Shown here: piece after piece, positions 40,101 through 48,047 of the stretch
Position numbering within the stretch: position 1 is the stretch's first letter
Layout: each line of letters opens with the position of its first letter
IMG/VR virus record: IMGVR_UViG_3300009428_000006
Span: 1 to 64,000 of that record
Strand: one strand, 5' to 3'
Length of the DNA stretch: 64,000 bases
From: a virus
The notes under the pieces: model-generated
Seen by the model: the letters and a program-made list of their open reading frames with translations, nothing else
What the model was told of the DNA's origin: nothing
Database searches by the model: none
Position numbers and translations under genes: made by a program

Positions 40101-41328
40101 TGGTTGTCAGGGCGCTTTGAACCTAGACTTATCTGCTAATAACAACCCCTACTTTAACAGTGATGTTGGTTTACCAGAGGGGTACAAGTGGTATCTTTTA
40201 GTGGGTATTGTCCACGGCAATAATGGGAGTGCTGCACCGAACACTGATACATCAGGCGTTTATGACCCAGAATCAGGAGCTAGGATACAAGGTTTTTCTG
40301 AATTTGTAAATGATACTTCTACTCCAACCTTGCTTCATAGGGTTTACCGAAGAGAAGCTGCAAACTACTATGATACGCGTTTTGCTCGTCCTAGAATAGA
40401 TTTAATAGATGGTAATGAGCCGAGTATTGCAGAATTAATAGGAAGGACCCCTTTAGATGGTCAATCAGGTGCTGGGTTCTACGGTTCAACTTACTCATCA
40501 ATATCATGGACAACATCAACAGCTAACAGCCGATTCTCTGCGTTAGTAGGTCGTAGTCCTGTTAATCTAGATATATTCACGCAAACTCGTATAGATGGCA
40601 CAGACTCACAAGCTAGACAGTACAACGGTAACTCATGGGTAAGTGTAGCTTTACAAGTGAATGGGTCTATTGTTGCAAGTGGTACTATTGCTGGCGACAG
40701 ATTAATAGCTGGTACAGAGATTAATGCCCCTCGCATAGTTGGCGGTGATGTTATAGGTAGTAAGGTTGCCACAGCGGAAGGTACAACCTCACGCACTGAG
40801 ATTGAAGATGATGGAACATATATGATATGGACAGGAAGTGGCACCAAGACCGATAGCAATGCGACATTCTTTGTAAAAAAAGATGGTACTGGTTTTGTTA
40901 GTGGTAGTTTTTTTGCTGGACAAATAATTGAGACTAAATTCAATCAAGGTACTGATAGTGTATCCGTGATTCATAATAGTGCAGGCAACCAAGTTGAGAT
41001 TACTATTAGTAGTAACGGTAGTGGTACTGTTATAGCCAATAACTCACCATCACCTGTCGGGGCAAGCACGTATACACTACCTTACACGGTAAAAAGAGGC
41101 TCGACTACTTTAGAGGCTGGTAATGTAATTGTCACTAGGGTTGTCGAGTATGATGCGCCAGAGGGCGAGTACACAACAAGGGACTATTATAACTTTAGCA
41201 CAACGGTAGTTGATAATGGTACAGCTAGCGCGGCTTACACGTATAGTGTTGTTATAGGGACTATACCTTTAAGTACGGCAACGGAAAAAACTAGCATAAG
41301 AAGTTATGAGGATTTACTTACATCTTAA
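34186..41328 (+). CDS. central tail fibre / tip attachment protein (gpJ-like), 2380 aa
   Basis: VSVGPIE, FN3-like segments, long coiled coil, beta-rich C-terminus; lambda-like M-L-K-I-J order. Confidence 0.88.
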   Translation: MIDNKKPVRSLEQKTTNTGFDKPSLYGGSGLITYGSDSNANFVDVVSVGPIESIDEMYINDVNLDTGEFPNTEIFVHTGDSATTAFDGNFPYVERTYTLGKQAEIVEGDKGKVSTTTFTRSVSGVGVSGVRINFNTSQFVHRDKENRRKTAEADFTVYLLDEEGNRIKSSKVANSKYYASNPTSVGCTILAREEDVKRVWEYEVEMKIRVNFYGTTVSGTWSASTITELYKETQSYENVAMVSGNVVARDLSGSSPKREYLVKGYKVDVPVYIGENNLFLGEFTKAVSYSHAWNAMAVLVDEKWGAGLPIDKINVTSFVEFDKYISEIMADGSKRYSHSQELLKSDSYFRIASQIVGAADGKLYEDTSGRVAVSIDRQTDKRRVITSYDILNEKVKKTTVPEKKKTNYVEAEFSDKTNNYQTTIVSVQDDGAIVKNGLVQEKLQLITCSDPLEADRTIKKVLVNSQIAVASYAFSVGHTHEDIQIGEVVELYDRIYSRSNYCGKTREGSTNTRIEIDPRTPINIEGITNPKIVFDNNREEPIEVDISEWTDSYIILSTPLEEAPLSFTSFGVKSGDTLGLKPVLIKVLGITNNQGVIQAEGVDYNDSIFSHIEEGTDLLVPVTRILPDLQEDIQGLSLTKITAGISANWDDAEEGTYVYFWKKFTGDTERDPNNTGILVTSGQTSLSNNTLPLPLEPARYEFSVYILNELTGESSSTKSVSINLDITDSATSSIPQPTNFDTENGQGTYEGSGFTLKWDQQVGTESPYLMGYILRITQGGDTLEYRLTSDYRSYQVTSQALTEAFGENYSRSFTARLIAYDDTLASAPTVTRIVNNAAPLSPEITVRVTGDILLSSNSGIPEDAIGSIVYVWESSDINSVRPSTALVFRSNQVAEIDLPNDTLIYDNRDYVFEAAWIDGFGETETNYGRAQIAFGPDVLIPEPMTLVRANAYSITGIQVEFEHDGVWLEKMKVYYRKTSESGEFLLDDSYLFEGDVRVSYDEGTQSGTFIIEGLDYNSEYEIYTTVSNISSADSEASGTVVGITIPYANVEDIRNDILEVRDDILDVRDQVDGELKPQLNLETLRREESDRELFNTTASLAEFRRNSNSEFNTLRDATFEVNPETGTIELRAYNYADTQFTQAGILIDGVDAKVSINAGKIIDLGTSVQDANASIDVLAGQVEIKASYTEMTEYVNGALDAIIPAYSFGFFNSSEGWSAVNGTITQGNSFISTTWGDIENQMLNYSADDNPIITLTTKRLSGSGFTGNLVVTFDGGATETYTAALSQGTVGVTNVQNLNLTEDATYTGTVTGLRIILGESSSDEFEVSSITIGKPSAQLEALDGVTAQVNQLGIDVDAIEGQLTSFVTTAFYDENSVTLNNVTQVLDGEEAIISLRATQQELDNEGTITKANSASLWVDGANATIRSNVVSFNAEEGGIDDQIEGLIGGLNTVQQELSTIDGAKVRSNLVSINRLDTKSKDLEELQFYTELKILDQKNRDLELGDSVAIVDTQLKALSTDQGALSQEILELTAASGTIEGQVTANSTRIQQAETDIEGNASALAALSTKVENVDGDLSQAELLLYSETNGLGVVSSRAYLGVSETVDGKTTVTGITADSSTNGLRFQGDVVQFDDSSGNPALQYRADLNKWVFTGNVVVGGYTVESEDDIRALDGDTIYEVYQYSVDGSTAWHDDYTTGDLFRRTATVTNGVLGAWRDVSRITGRTPAISTNPDGSVTISNGTEEATIYDGENAPIPTITDNGDGTYTINNGAGDVVTISDGETPVKGVDYFDGLDGSFVSNIFITSSTGAPATPTGGTFDGTTETFPTGWQDTPYFVEGDITYISTTRYSQQSNGSWIKSGWSNPAEYIIKGEDGADGKDALANLINPADEWVVGTSGSQGEFIQYGSEFNNKVVNIEGPEGVVEPVWVSEGTQSAAAGGWSKTISGDPTKSYRFSVWAYRRSESDSRLYFGCQGALNLDLSANNNPYFNSDVGLPEGYKWYLLVGIVHGNNGSAAPNTDTSGVYDPESGARIQGFSEFVNDTSTPTLLHRVYRREAANYYDTRFARPRIDLIDGNEPSIAELIGRTPLDGQSGAGFYGSTYSSISWTTSTANSRFSALVGRSPVNLDIFTQTRIDGTDSQARQYNGNSWVSVALQVNGSIVASGTIAGDRLIAGTEINAPRIVGGDVIGSKVATAEGTTSRTEIEDDGTYMIWTGSGTKTDSNATFFVKKDGTGFVSGSFFAGQIIETKFNQGTDSVSVIHNSAGNQVEITISSNGSGTVIANNSPSPVGASTYTLPYTVKRGSTTLEAGNVIVTRVVEYDAPEGEYTTRDYYNFSTTVVDNGTASAAYTYSVVIGTIPLSTATEKTSIRSYEDLLTS

Positions 41329-41379
41329 CCAATATTGTGCTATAACAGTATTTCAATAATATATTCAGGAGATTAAAGT

Positions 41380-41700
41380 ATGAAAAATTTATCGTTAGCT
41401 GTTATTTTTTCCTCAGCAATACTGACTGGATGCCAATCCACCTTTATAGAAAAAGAGTTTAACAAAGAGGATCAGTGACAAAAGGTTAAAGTTATTAGGA
41501 CGGAGGCGAGTCAATTTTCAAGAAAAGAAGGCTTTAAAAGGAAAGGTAAAGCAGGGGAAGCTAAATACTATTTAAATGACCCAGAAAATGAGTGTAGGCT
41601 AAACATAATGTCTAAAGGTAAAATAAATCTGGATGGTAAATATGCACTAACATTGGGCCATGAACTTATGCACTGCCTTTATGGTGATTATCACAAGTAA
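41380..41700 (+). pseudogene. lipoprotein with HExxH motif, interrupted by an in-frame TGA at 41476-41478
   Basis: Not in the track. MKNLSLAVIFSSAILTGC lipobox...EDQ*QKVK...GHELMHCLYGDYHK*; AGGAG RBS. Confidence 0.7.
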
Positions 41701-41753
41701 ACAAATGCACAAGGAAGTGTATACTTTAACTAAACAAAGAGGAGAACAAATTT

Positions 41754-42818
41754 ATGTGGTATACAGCTACATCAGCATCAGTCACAAATGGCTCAGATGT
41801 TGTAACAATAACAACTGGAGATGATATTTCCATTGTTCAAGAAAAATCAGGATTGGTCTTTGAGGACTCTAGTCCTGTTGAAGTACTAAAGGCATATATA
41901 GATACAGGGAGCAATAAGGTAATACAGCTAGCAAAGCCATGGCCTTACTCGACAAAAACAAACCAACCACTAGTAGCCTACCCTACAGATGCAAGTTTTG
42001 CAGAAGCTACAGCAGAGTTAAGACGTGTTATAGATACATTATCAGTTGCTAGCACAGTTGAAGCGCAAGAAGGTGCTGATGACGAAAAGATAATGACACC
42101 TTTGAAAACTAAGCAAGCTATTGACTTTAACACAGGCACAGCGGCTAGCAAGAATATTGTAACAAGCACTACAGATACAACAGCAGGAAGGTTGCTTACT
42201 GTTGGGTATGGTGGCTGGGGTTCAGAAAATGCAGGGCCAAGCGTAGGCGTTGATTTTGGTGATGTTAGGCTTCCTATGATGGTAATTCCTGTTGAAATTT
42301 CAGAATCTACAGGAGATTTGCCAGAAAGTAGCGGCTTTGGCACCCTGCTTCCAATTGCAGGTGTTCAAAATAGCACATCACACCAATGGTACTTTTCTAG
42401 ATCTTCTTCAGAGTTGAATAAGATACTGTTTAGAACAAAAAGATCAACCGCAACCCCTTATGAAGATTGGGTTGAAATGTACCACAGCGGAAACACTAAT
42501 TTTAATGAATTTGGTGGTGACGGCGGTGATGATTGGATAGCTCACGGATGGACTAGGAGTTCGGTAAACTGCTACATTGTACTACCTATAAACTCAAAAA
42601 CATCACCTACAAGTATTACCGTTGAGGGCACTTTTAAGATAATAAGCCGCGCTGGAAACTCTGTTATATCATCTGGTATAAGCGATATTATTATGCGACC
42701 ACAGTCAAGCAATAAAGCTGTATTCTTGCAGGTAAACCCATTAGACAGTGTTCCTGTTGATGAACCAATTATACTTTCTACAGATAGCTCGGATGCAAAA
42801 ATAACGGTGAACTTCTAA
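41754..42818 (+). CDS. tail fibre / receptor-binding protein
   Basis: WYTATSASVTNGS N-terminus, MTPLKTKQAI, GTAASKN.VTSTTDTTAGRLLTVGYGG, WVEMYHSGN. Confidence 0.8.
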   Translation: MWYTATSASVTNGSDVVTITTGDDISIVQEKSGLVFEDSSPVEVLKAYIDTGSNKVIQLAKPWPYSTKTNQPLVAYPTDASFAEATAELRRVIDTLSVASTVEAQEGADDEKIMTPLKTKQAIDFNTGTAASKNIVTSTTDTTAGRLLTVGYGGWGSENAGPSVGVDFGDVRLPMMVIPVEISESTGDLPESSGFGTLLPIAGVQNSTSHQWYFSRSSSELNKILFRTKRSTATPYEDWVEMYHSGNTNFNEFGGDGGDDWIAHGWTRSSVNCYIVLPINSKTSPTSITVEGTFKIISRAGNSVISSGISDIIMRPQSSNKAVFLQVNPLDSVPVDEPIILSTDSSDAKITVNF

Positions 42819-43324
42819 TGCTAAAATTCATAAATGATAACGACTTTTTGCTAGTCGATAAATACAAGCAAAACGATGACGGCTCGGTAGGTTGGTCTTT
42901 TAAAGATGGTGATACAACTCATAGCGGCTTTTTACGTGAAGGTATGACGCGTGTTGATGGTGAGGATACTGTTGATATTTGGTCTAAATTTCAGACTCAA
43001 TTATCAAAAGGTAAAATTACTGTCGAAGGTGATACAGACGAAGAAATTGCATCGCGTGAAATTGAGCTGTTTAAAGCTAGCCGTCAATCACAATTAGATG
43101 CAGCAATTGTCACAACATCAACAGGTAAAAACTTCGATGCTAATGAGAAAAGCATTCTACGCTTGCACAACGCTGTGACTTATATTAAAGAGCACAGTGT
43201 AGAATCAATCCCTTGGTCAACAGCGGATGTGGGAAGTGGTGTAATGGTTGAATGTACAGCAGCAGAGATGATTGAAGCTCATAAATTAGCTGTTGAGAAT
43301 ATGACAGATATTTGGTCTAAATAA
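42818..43324 (+). CDS. tail fibre assembly protein (DUF4376-like)
   Basis: FDANEKSILRL...WSTAD; follows the fibre gene. Confidence 0.7.
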   Translation: MLKFINDNDFLLVDKYKQNDDGSVGWSFKDGDTTHSGFLREGMTRVDGEDTVDIWSKFQTQLSKGKITVEGDTDEEIASREIELFKASRQSQLDAAIVTTSTGKNFDANEKSILRLHNAVTYIKEHSVESIPWSTADVGSGVMVECTAAEMIEAHKLAVENMTDIWSK

Positions 43325-43336
43325 TAGGAGTATAGA

Positions 43337-43729
43337 ATGTCTAACAATATCGTATCTAAGTATACAAAGATATATGAAGTAGGTGATATGGATCCAGCAG
43401 CTATGACTGTTGACTCTAGTCTTCCAAATATAACAATAACAACACAACCACTGAATGTTTCAGCAGGTGACACAGGACCCATAGAGAGCGATCCTAATGC
43501 ACTTTTGACTAAAGAGAATGCAGTGGCTAAGGGCTTAATGACAGGCACTGTGAGCTTGGCTGCAAGTCCTCTAGGAACGTTTGAATTCTATGATCTTCCA
43601 GATGGAGAGATAGACTTAGCAGGTCCCAGCTTTATCACAACAGATATTTTAATGTCAACACTAAAACCTACATTTAATACTATCACTGGATCTACTCATA
43701 TAGCAATTACAATTGTGGGGAGATCATAA
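43337..43729 (+). CDS. hypothetical (probably virion) protein
   Basis: ORF with RBS. Confidence 0.6.
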   Translation: MSNNIVSKYTKIYEVGDMDPAAMTVDSSLPNITITTQPLNVSAGDTGPIESDPNALLTKENAVAKGLMTGTVSLAASPLGTFEFYDLPDGEIDLAGPSFITTDILMSTLKPTFNTITGSTHIAITIVGRS

Positions 43730-43739
43730 GGAGATATGT

Positions 43740-44279
43740 ATGGGTACTACTTCTAATTATGGTGTCCCTATAAGTAAAGAATCTATACAAGGGTATGCTC
43801 AGGAAATGACTGGGTGGGTTACATATTCAGATACAGATCATGATGTGGATAATCCATTCGTCATCCTTTCTGATGAGAGACTTGTAATACCTGATAATGC
43901 TCAAGAAGGGATTAGTTCACAGATCCCTCTCGAAACAGATCCTCTATATAACGGCTTAGATAATAAACTCACTCCTCATGAAAACGGAGATGCTTACTTG
44001 TTGAGGATAAGTTTTAAAAGATATACAACCTCTAACACAGGATATGGAGAAATCACACTTGATATAGGTCAAGACGAACCTATTTTAGATATCCCTGTTA
44101 CATTTCCCATAGGTATAGGTGTCAATAATGCAAGGACATTTGTTGTTACAGAGTTACTGTTTTCAGGAACAGATTTCGTGACAAATGGTGGTCAATTATA
44201 TTATGAAAGTGTTAGAGGGAATACATCAATATATGATATCAGATATATGATATCAAGAATACATAAAGCGAGGAAATAA
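43740..44279 (+). CDS. hypothetical (probably virion) protein
   Basis: ATG after AAGGAG; GWVTYSD motif. Confidence 0.6.
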   Translation: MGTTSNYGVPISKESIQGYAQEMTGWVTYSDTDHDVDNPFVILSDERLVIPDNAQEGISSQIPLETDPLYNGLDNKLTPHENGDAYLLRISFKRYTTSNTGYGEITLDIGQDEPILDIPVTFPIGIGVNNARTFVVTELLFSGTDFVTNGGQLYYESVRGNTSIYDIRYMISRIHKARK

Positions 44280-44887
44280 TGTATGTAATTCAGAAAAATT
44301 ATGGAGAGGTTTTACAAAACTATACCAGTTTAAAAAGTTATATACCTTTTGATCAAGAGCCTGTTGTCAAGTCCGTTGCTAGGCTTGATGGGCTTAGTCA
44401 GTATTGGGTATTGAGCCGAGGTATAACACTATATGTCGGCGATGTGGTTACTTTTAAGATTTCGTACCTCACATCAATATCTCGCGTCGCTGAAATGATG
44501 TTTGGTGATAACGGGGTGAATAGGGCCTCTAGGGTATACATAGACTCAGTTACAGTTGATGACCCTGCGGTTGTAGTAAGAGATAACAAGCTAGAAACTC
44601 TTATAGATGGTGTTGACACTACCCAATTTTCTATGGATGGCGGAACACATACTATCGAGTTTTCTGTAGTAAAAGAGTTTTACGTGGATAGTCTGTGCGC
44701 CAACGATAACGGGGCACAGTATTTTTTAAGTGGCTCAATCCATGAGTTTGAAGTAGAGAGAGGGGGGATAATTGTAAATAACATACCACTTACAAATAAA
44801 GAGCAAGGTGCAAACCAACTTGCAACAGTAGGTGATGTCGATGCGTTCATGCCTAACTACACCGATGATGTATGGGAGAGTGTGTAA
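44279..44887 (+). CDS. hypothetical beta-sandwich (lectin-like) protein
   Basis: Beta-rich; LDGLSQY, DGGTHTIEF. Confidence 0.5.
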   Translation: MYVIQKNYGEVLQNYTSLKSYIPFDQEPVVKSVARLDGLSQYWVLSRGITLYVGDVVTFKISYLTSISRVAEMMFGDNGVNRASRVYIDSVTVDDPAVVVRDNKLETLIDGVDTTQFSMDGGTHTIEFSVVKEFYVDSLCANDNGAQYFLSGSIHEFEVERGGIIVNNIPLTNKEQGANQLATVGDVDAFMPNYTDDVWESV

Positions 44888-45177
44888 TGTCAATAGCTAA
44901 TCAAAAATACGCATTCGTAACGCCTGAATCTTGGCAAGAGTCACTAATATCTAGATGGCCTGACGCGCCTCTGTATGGTGGCTATCGTTTATTGGTTTTT
45001 ACAAGGAAAGACTTACCAAAGCTTGAAGCAGAATACTCTGATGTTAAGTTCAAGTATCTAGATCCTGATGAAACAATTAGATCAATAAGTGACTTAGAAA
45101 AGGGTCCATTTATATGCAGCCTTACACAAACACAGGAAATAGTTAAGTACTTCAGAGAATTGGAGGAAAATACATAG
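44887..45177 (+). CDS. hypothetical protein
   Basis: TAATG coupling to the upstream gene. Confidence 0.55.
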   Translation: MSIANQKYAFVTPESWQESLISRWPDAPLYGGYRLLVFTRKDLPKLEAEYSDVKFKYLDPDETIRSISDLEKGPFICSLTQTQEIVKYFRELEENT

Positions 45178-45197
45178 AATAGGATAACGGGAGGAAA

Positions 45198-45713
45198 ATG
45201 CCGACACCTACAGCACAACAGGCTGGTATTTCTTTTGAGGATATAAAGATGATAGTGTGGCTAGTGGGGGTAGTTTTATCTGCCCTTCTAGCTGGATGTT
45301 CTGCCGCATGGTGGTTCAATACCCAACTTTCCAAAACTAGGGAAGATTTATATACCAGAATTAATACAGTAAAGGGTGAGTTGGAGGATACTGCACAAAT
45401 AGTCAGTACCAATGTTACTCATAATAAAGATGACTGTCGTGATACAAAAGAACGTGTCACACTTCTTGAAAGAGATCATCTCCATCAGCAAGAGAAGACT
45501 GATAAGATGGATGAGTCATTAAATATAATCAAGAGTGATCTATCTGCAACAAAGGATAGTGTCATTGAATTAGCCCAAAAGTCAAGAGAAGATACTCTTA
45601 CAATAATGGGAGAGATACGGTCTATGGAAGGACGTAATCAACAACAACTTATGGAGGTAAAGGAGTTCCTAGTTAATGTTGTGAACCAAAATAAGAGAAG
45701 AGATGATAACTAA
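45198..45713 (+). CDS. membrane protein with coiled coil (holin/antiholin candidate)
   Basis: N-terminal TM helix; directly upstream of the endolysin. Confidence 0.5.
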   Translation: MPTPTAQQAGISFEDIKMIVWLVGVVLSALLAGCSAAWWFNTQLSKTREDLYTRINTVKGELEDTAQIVSTNVTHNKDDCRDTKERVTLLERDHLHQQEKTDKMDESLNIIKSDLSATKDSVIELAQKSREDTLTIMGEIRSMEGRNQQQLMEVKEFLVNVVNQNKRRDDN

Positions 45714-46287
45714 AGAAGAATATGAATCACTAGAACGCTCTCAGACGGTCCACAGGACGTTTAATTCACTACTCAGTGTGTTAGTATTAGTTCTTGGTTA
45801 TTTCTTCATACAGGCCGAATTAAAGCCCATATATGAAGACTTATCAGGTATAACTGAGCAGCGTATAGAGAAAGAAGAGACTTCACAGATATTCAATGAT
45901 GAAAGTTTAAGGCTTTGCCAGTACAAAGATTCCTTGGGAAACGCTACAATCGGTGTAGGTCATCTAGTCTTAGAAAGAGATAACTTACCACAATGTATCA
46001 CATCCCATCAGGCAATTGAGCTTTTGATGAAGGATTACAGATATGCTAAGGAGAATGTTGAAAAGCGTTATCCGTGGGCAGAGGGTGAAGGTAAGTTAAT
46101 ACTTGTTAATATGACCTTCCAGTTAGGAGAAAACAGGTTAGCTAAGTTTCAGCAGACACTTCTTCATCTAAAGAATAAGGAATATCAATTAGCAGCAGGT
46201 GAAGTATTAGACTCTGCACTTTACAAACAAACACCTAAGCGTATAGAACGACACGCTGCAAGGATACTGTCATTAAGTAAGACGTAA
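45703..46287 (+). CDS. GH24 phage lysozyme with an N-terminal membrane anchor (SAR-like endolysin)
   Basis: E-x8-D-x5-T triad in ESLRLCQYKDSLGNATIGVG; NMTFQLG; QTPKR. Confidence 0.88.
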   Translation: MITKEEYESLERSQTVHRTFNSLLSVLVLVLGYFFIQAELKPIYEDLSGITEQRIEKEETSQIFNDESLRLCQYKDSLGNATIGVGHLVLERDNLPQCITSHQAIELLMKDYRYAKENVEKRYPWAEGEGKLILVNMTFQLGENRLAKFQQTLLHLKNKEYQLAAGEVLDSALYKQTPKRIERHAARILSLSKT

Positions 46288-46298
46288 GGAGGTGTAAT

Positions 46299-46721
46299 GT
46301 GTTTAAACCTATCCTGTTAGCCCTTACAGCTCTCCTGATGGTATCTTGTGCCTCTCTTAATCCTTTAGATATTCTCAGCCCAGATAAGCCTAGTTTAGAG
46401 GTTAATGCCCAAATCGGCAAGACTAATGAGCAGGAGAAGAACAATATCAAGGTTGAGGAAGGCAAGACTGAGGTCAAGCAGGAAGCTGATTCAATAACAA
46501 ATGATACTAACTATACAGCAGATAAGATTGAGAATATAACCCAAGGGATGTCTAAACTAGAGTTGTTATTATTTGCACTCTTAGCAGGATGGGCAATACC
46601 TACTCCAGCGAAGACATTTGAATTTGTTAAGAGAGTTGTATCGGATACTATAAATATATTAATTGTAACACCAGTCAAAGGGTTTGCAGGTTTTATATTA
46701 AAAGTGCTAGGAAGAAAGTAA
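46299..46721 (+). CDS. unimolecular spanin candidate
   Basis: Lipobox LMVSC, NAQIGK motif and C-terminal TM segment; follows the endolysin. Confidence 0.72.
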   Translation: MFKPILLALTALLMVSCASLNPLDILSPDKPSLEVNAQIGKTNEQEKNNIKVEEGKTEVKQEADSITNDTNYTADKIENITQGMSKLELLLFALLAGWAIPTPAKTFEFVKRVVSDTINILIVTPVKGFAGFILKVLGRK

Positions 46722-46729
46722 TAATATAT

Positions 46730-46758
46730 GCCCAACCGTAATTGGTTGGGCTATTTTT
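46730..46758. terminator. terminator between convergent operons
   Basis: GCCCAACC-GTAATT-GGTTGGGC plus a T tract. Confidence 0.8.
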
Positions 46759-46764
46759 CGAAAA

Positions 46765-47280
46765 TCACTTCTTAAGGTCTTTCTTGTAGAACAAATGATT
46801 GTCAATAGTCACCACAACATTATCTTCACTCGCCCACACAGGACTTACCTTCTTACTGTGATAGAATAAACTACCCTCTGTAATATCCACATAGTGATAA
46901 TCTTCATCTTTAATCCCCAGCAAGTATACACTAATATGTAAGACCTTCAACCAAGAATCTCTATCATATACTTTATCAGACTTACCATCTTTGTGCCAAC
47001 TGAATTGCCAAGGTTGATATACAACATCAACTATTCCATCAGGAAACCTTCCTGAATCAGACCTGTTAAGCGTCACAAACCCTACAGATAAGGCACCAGA
47101 CTGTGACTCTCCACGAGCCTCCCAATATATGTTACAAGCAAGTGCTGTCAAAGGTGTCTGTCTGTCTTTGTAATCGCAATCATGTATGTACTTTGTAGAG
47201 TCACCAGCATTACATGTCATAGATAGTCCTAGAAGTAATGCTGCTAGACTGTAATCGATTATCTTCCTTAAGTTGAGCAA
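46765..47280 (-). CDS. SleB/CwlJ-like cell wall hydrolase (Hydrolase_2)
   Basis: NIYWEARGES, VTLNR, VVYQPWQFSW, HLFY; signal peptide; TTG start after AAGGAGG. Confidence 0.88.
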   Translation of the reverse strand: MLNLRKIIDYSLAALLLGLSMTCNAGDSTKYIHDCDYKDRQTPLTALACNIYWEARGESQSGALSVGFVTLNRSDSGRFPDGIVDVVYQPWQFSWHKDGKSDKVYDRDSWLKVLHISVYLLGIKDEDYHYVDITEGSLFYHSKKVSPVWASEDNVVVTIDNHLFYKKDLKK

Positions 47281-47333
47281 ACGTACCTCCTTAAAATAAA
47301 AGCCCTTAGAACGTGTCTGAGGGCTTCTGTGTA

Positions 47334-47639
47334 TCATCGGTGAACAACATCACCTATTTTTAATTTCAATGCAGCTTCTTTGGTCAGGAACATTTCATCT
47401 GTCATACCTGTGATTCGGTAATTATCAGCTTTCTGAACCTTAATCAATCTCCACCACATATCATGTTCTTTAAAAGGCTTAGTAATAATCTCAATCACCT
47501 TATAAGCCCGTCTATCCTCAGGAGGTTTGTAAGCTATGGGGTCAACAACTTTACGCTGCTTAGCTGTACGTACATTCTCTGCATTGGCAGGAATTACATA
47601 GCCCTTCTTAAAACCTCTTTTACTTGTTACGCCCATCAT
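47334..47639 (-). CDS. hypothetical basic protein
   Basis: ORF in the leftward operon. Confidence 0.55.
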   Translation of the reverse strand: MMGVTSKRGFKKGYVIPANAENVRTAKQRKVVDPIAYKPPEDRRAYKVIEIITKPFKEHDMWWRLIKVQKADNYRITGMTDEMFLTKEAALKLKIGDVVHR

Positions 47640-47859
47640 ACTTCTCCAAAATGTCTTTAAACTTCTCGCAAAGAACTCTATGTTTAGAATCAAATAGACA
47701 GGAAGTGTTTTCTCCTAGATGAAGAGTATATATCGAAATCAGATCATCTAAAAGATCATCCCATTCTTCTACAGCATCTTCTATAAATCTTTCAACACTT
47801 AAGTCAGGAAACCCATCTAAAGTTGTTTCTGCAAGTATTCTCAGTTTTTCATGACTCAT
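47620..47859 (-). CDS. hypothetical protein
   Basis: ORF in the leftward operon. Confidence 0.55.
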   Translation of the reverse strand: MSHEKLRILAETTLDGFPDLSVERFIEDAVEEWDDLLDDLISIYTLHLGENTSCLFDSKHRVLCEKFKDILEKYDGRNK

Positions 47860-48037
47860 AACAAATATCTTTCTTATCAACCTGTTTATATTTTAAAACG
47901 AAAACTTCACCACTGTCCATATCAAACGCTGAGGTCAAAGTACCTTCTCCTCCTTCATCTTTCAAACTGGTAATGTATAAACGTCTTCCTACTAAATCTG
48001 TTAGTTCAAATGTCTGAACTTTTGATAAACTAAACAT
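47849..48037 (-). CDS. hypothetical protein
   Basis: AGGAGG RBS. Confidence 0.55.
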   Translation of the reverse strand: MFSLSKVQTFELTDLVGRRLYITSLKDEGGEGTLTSAFDMDSGEVFVLKYKQVDKKDICYES

Positions 48038-48047
48038 AATAATCCTC

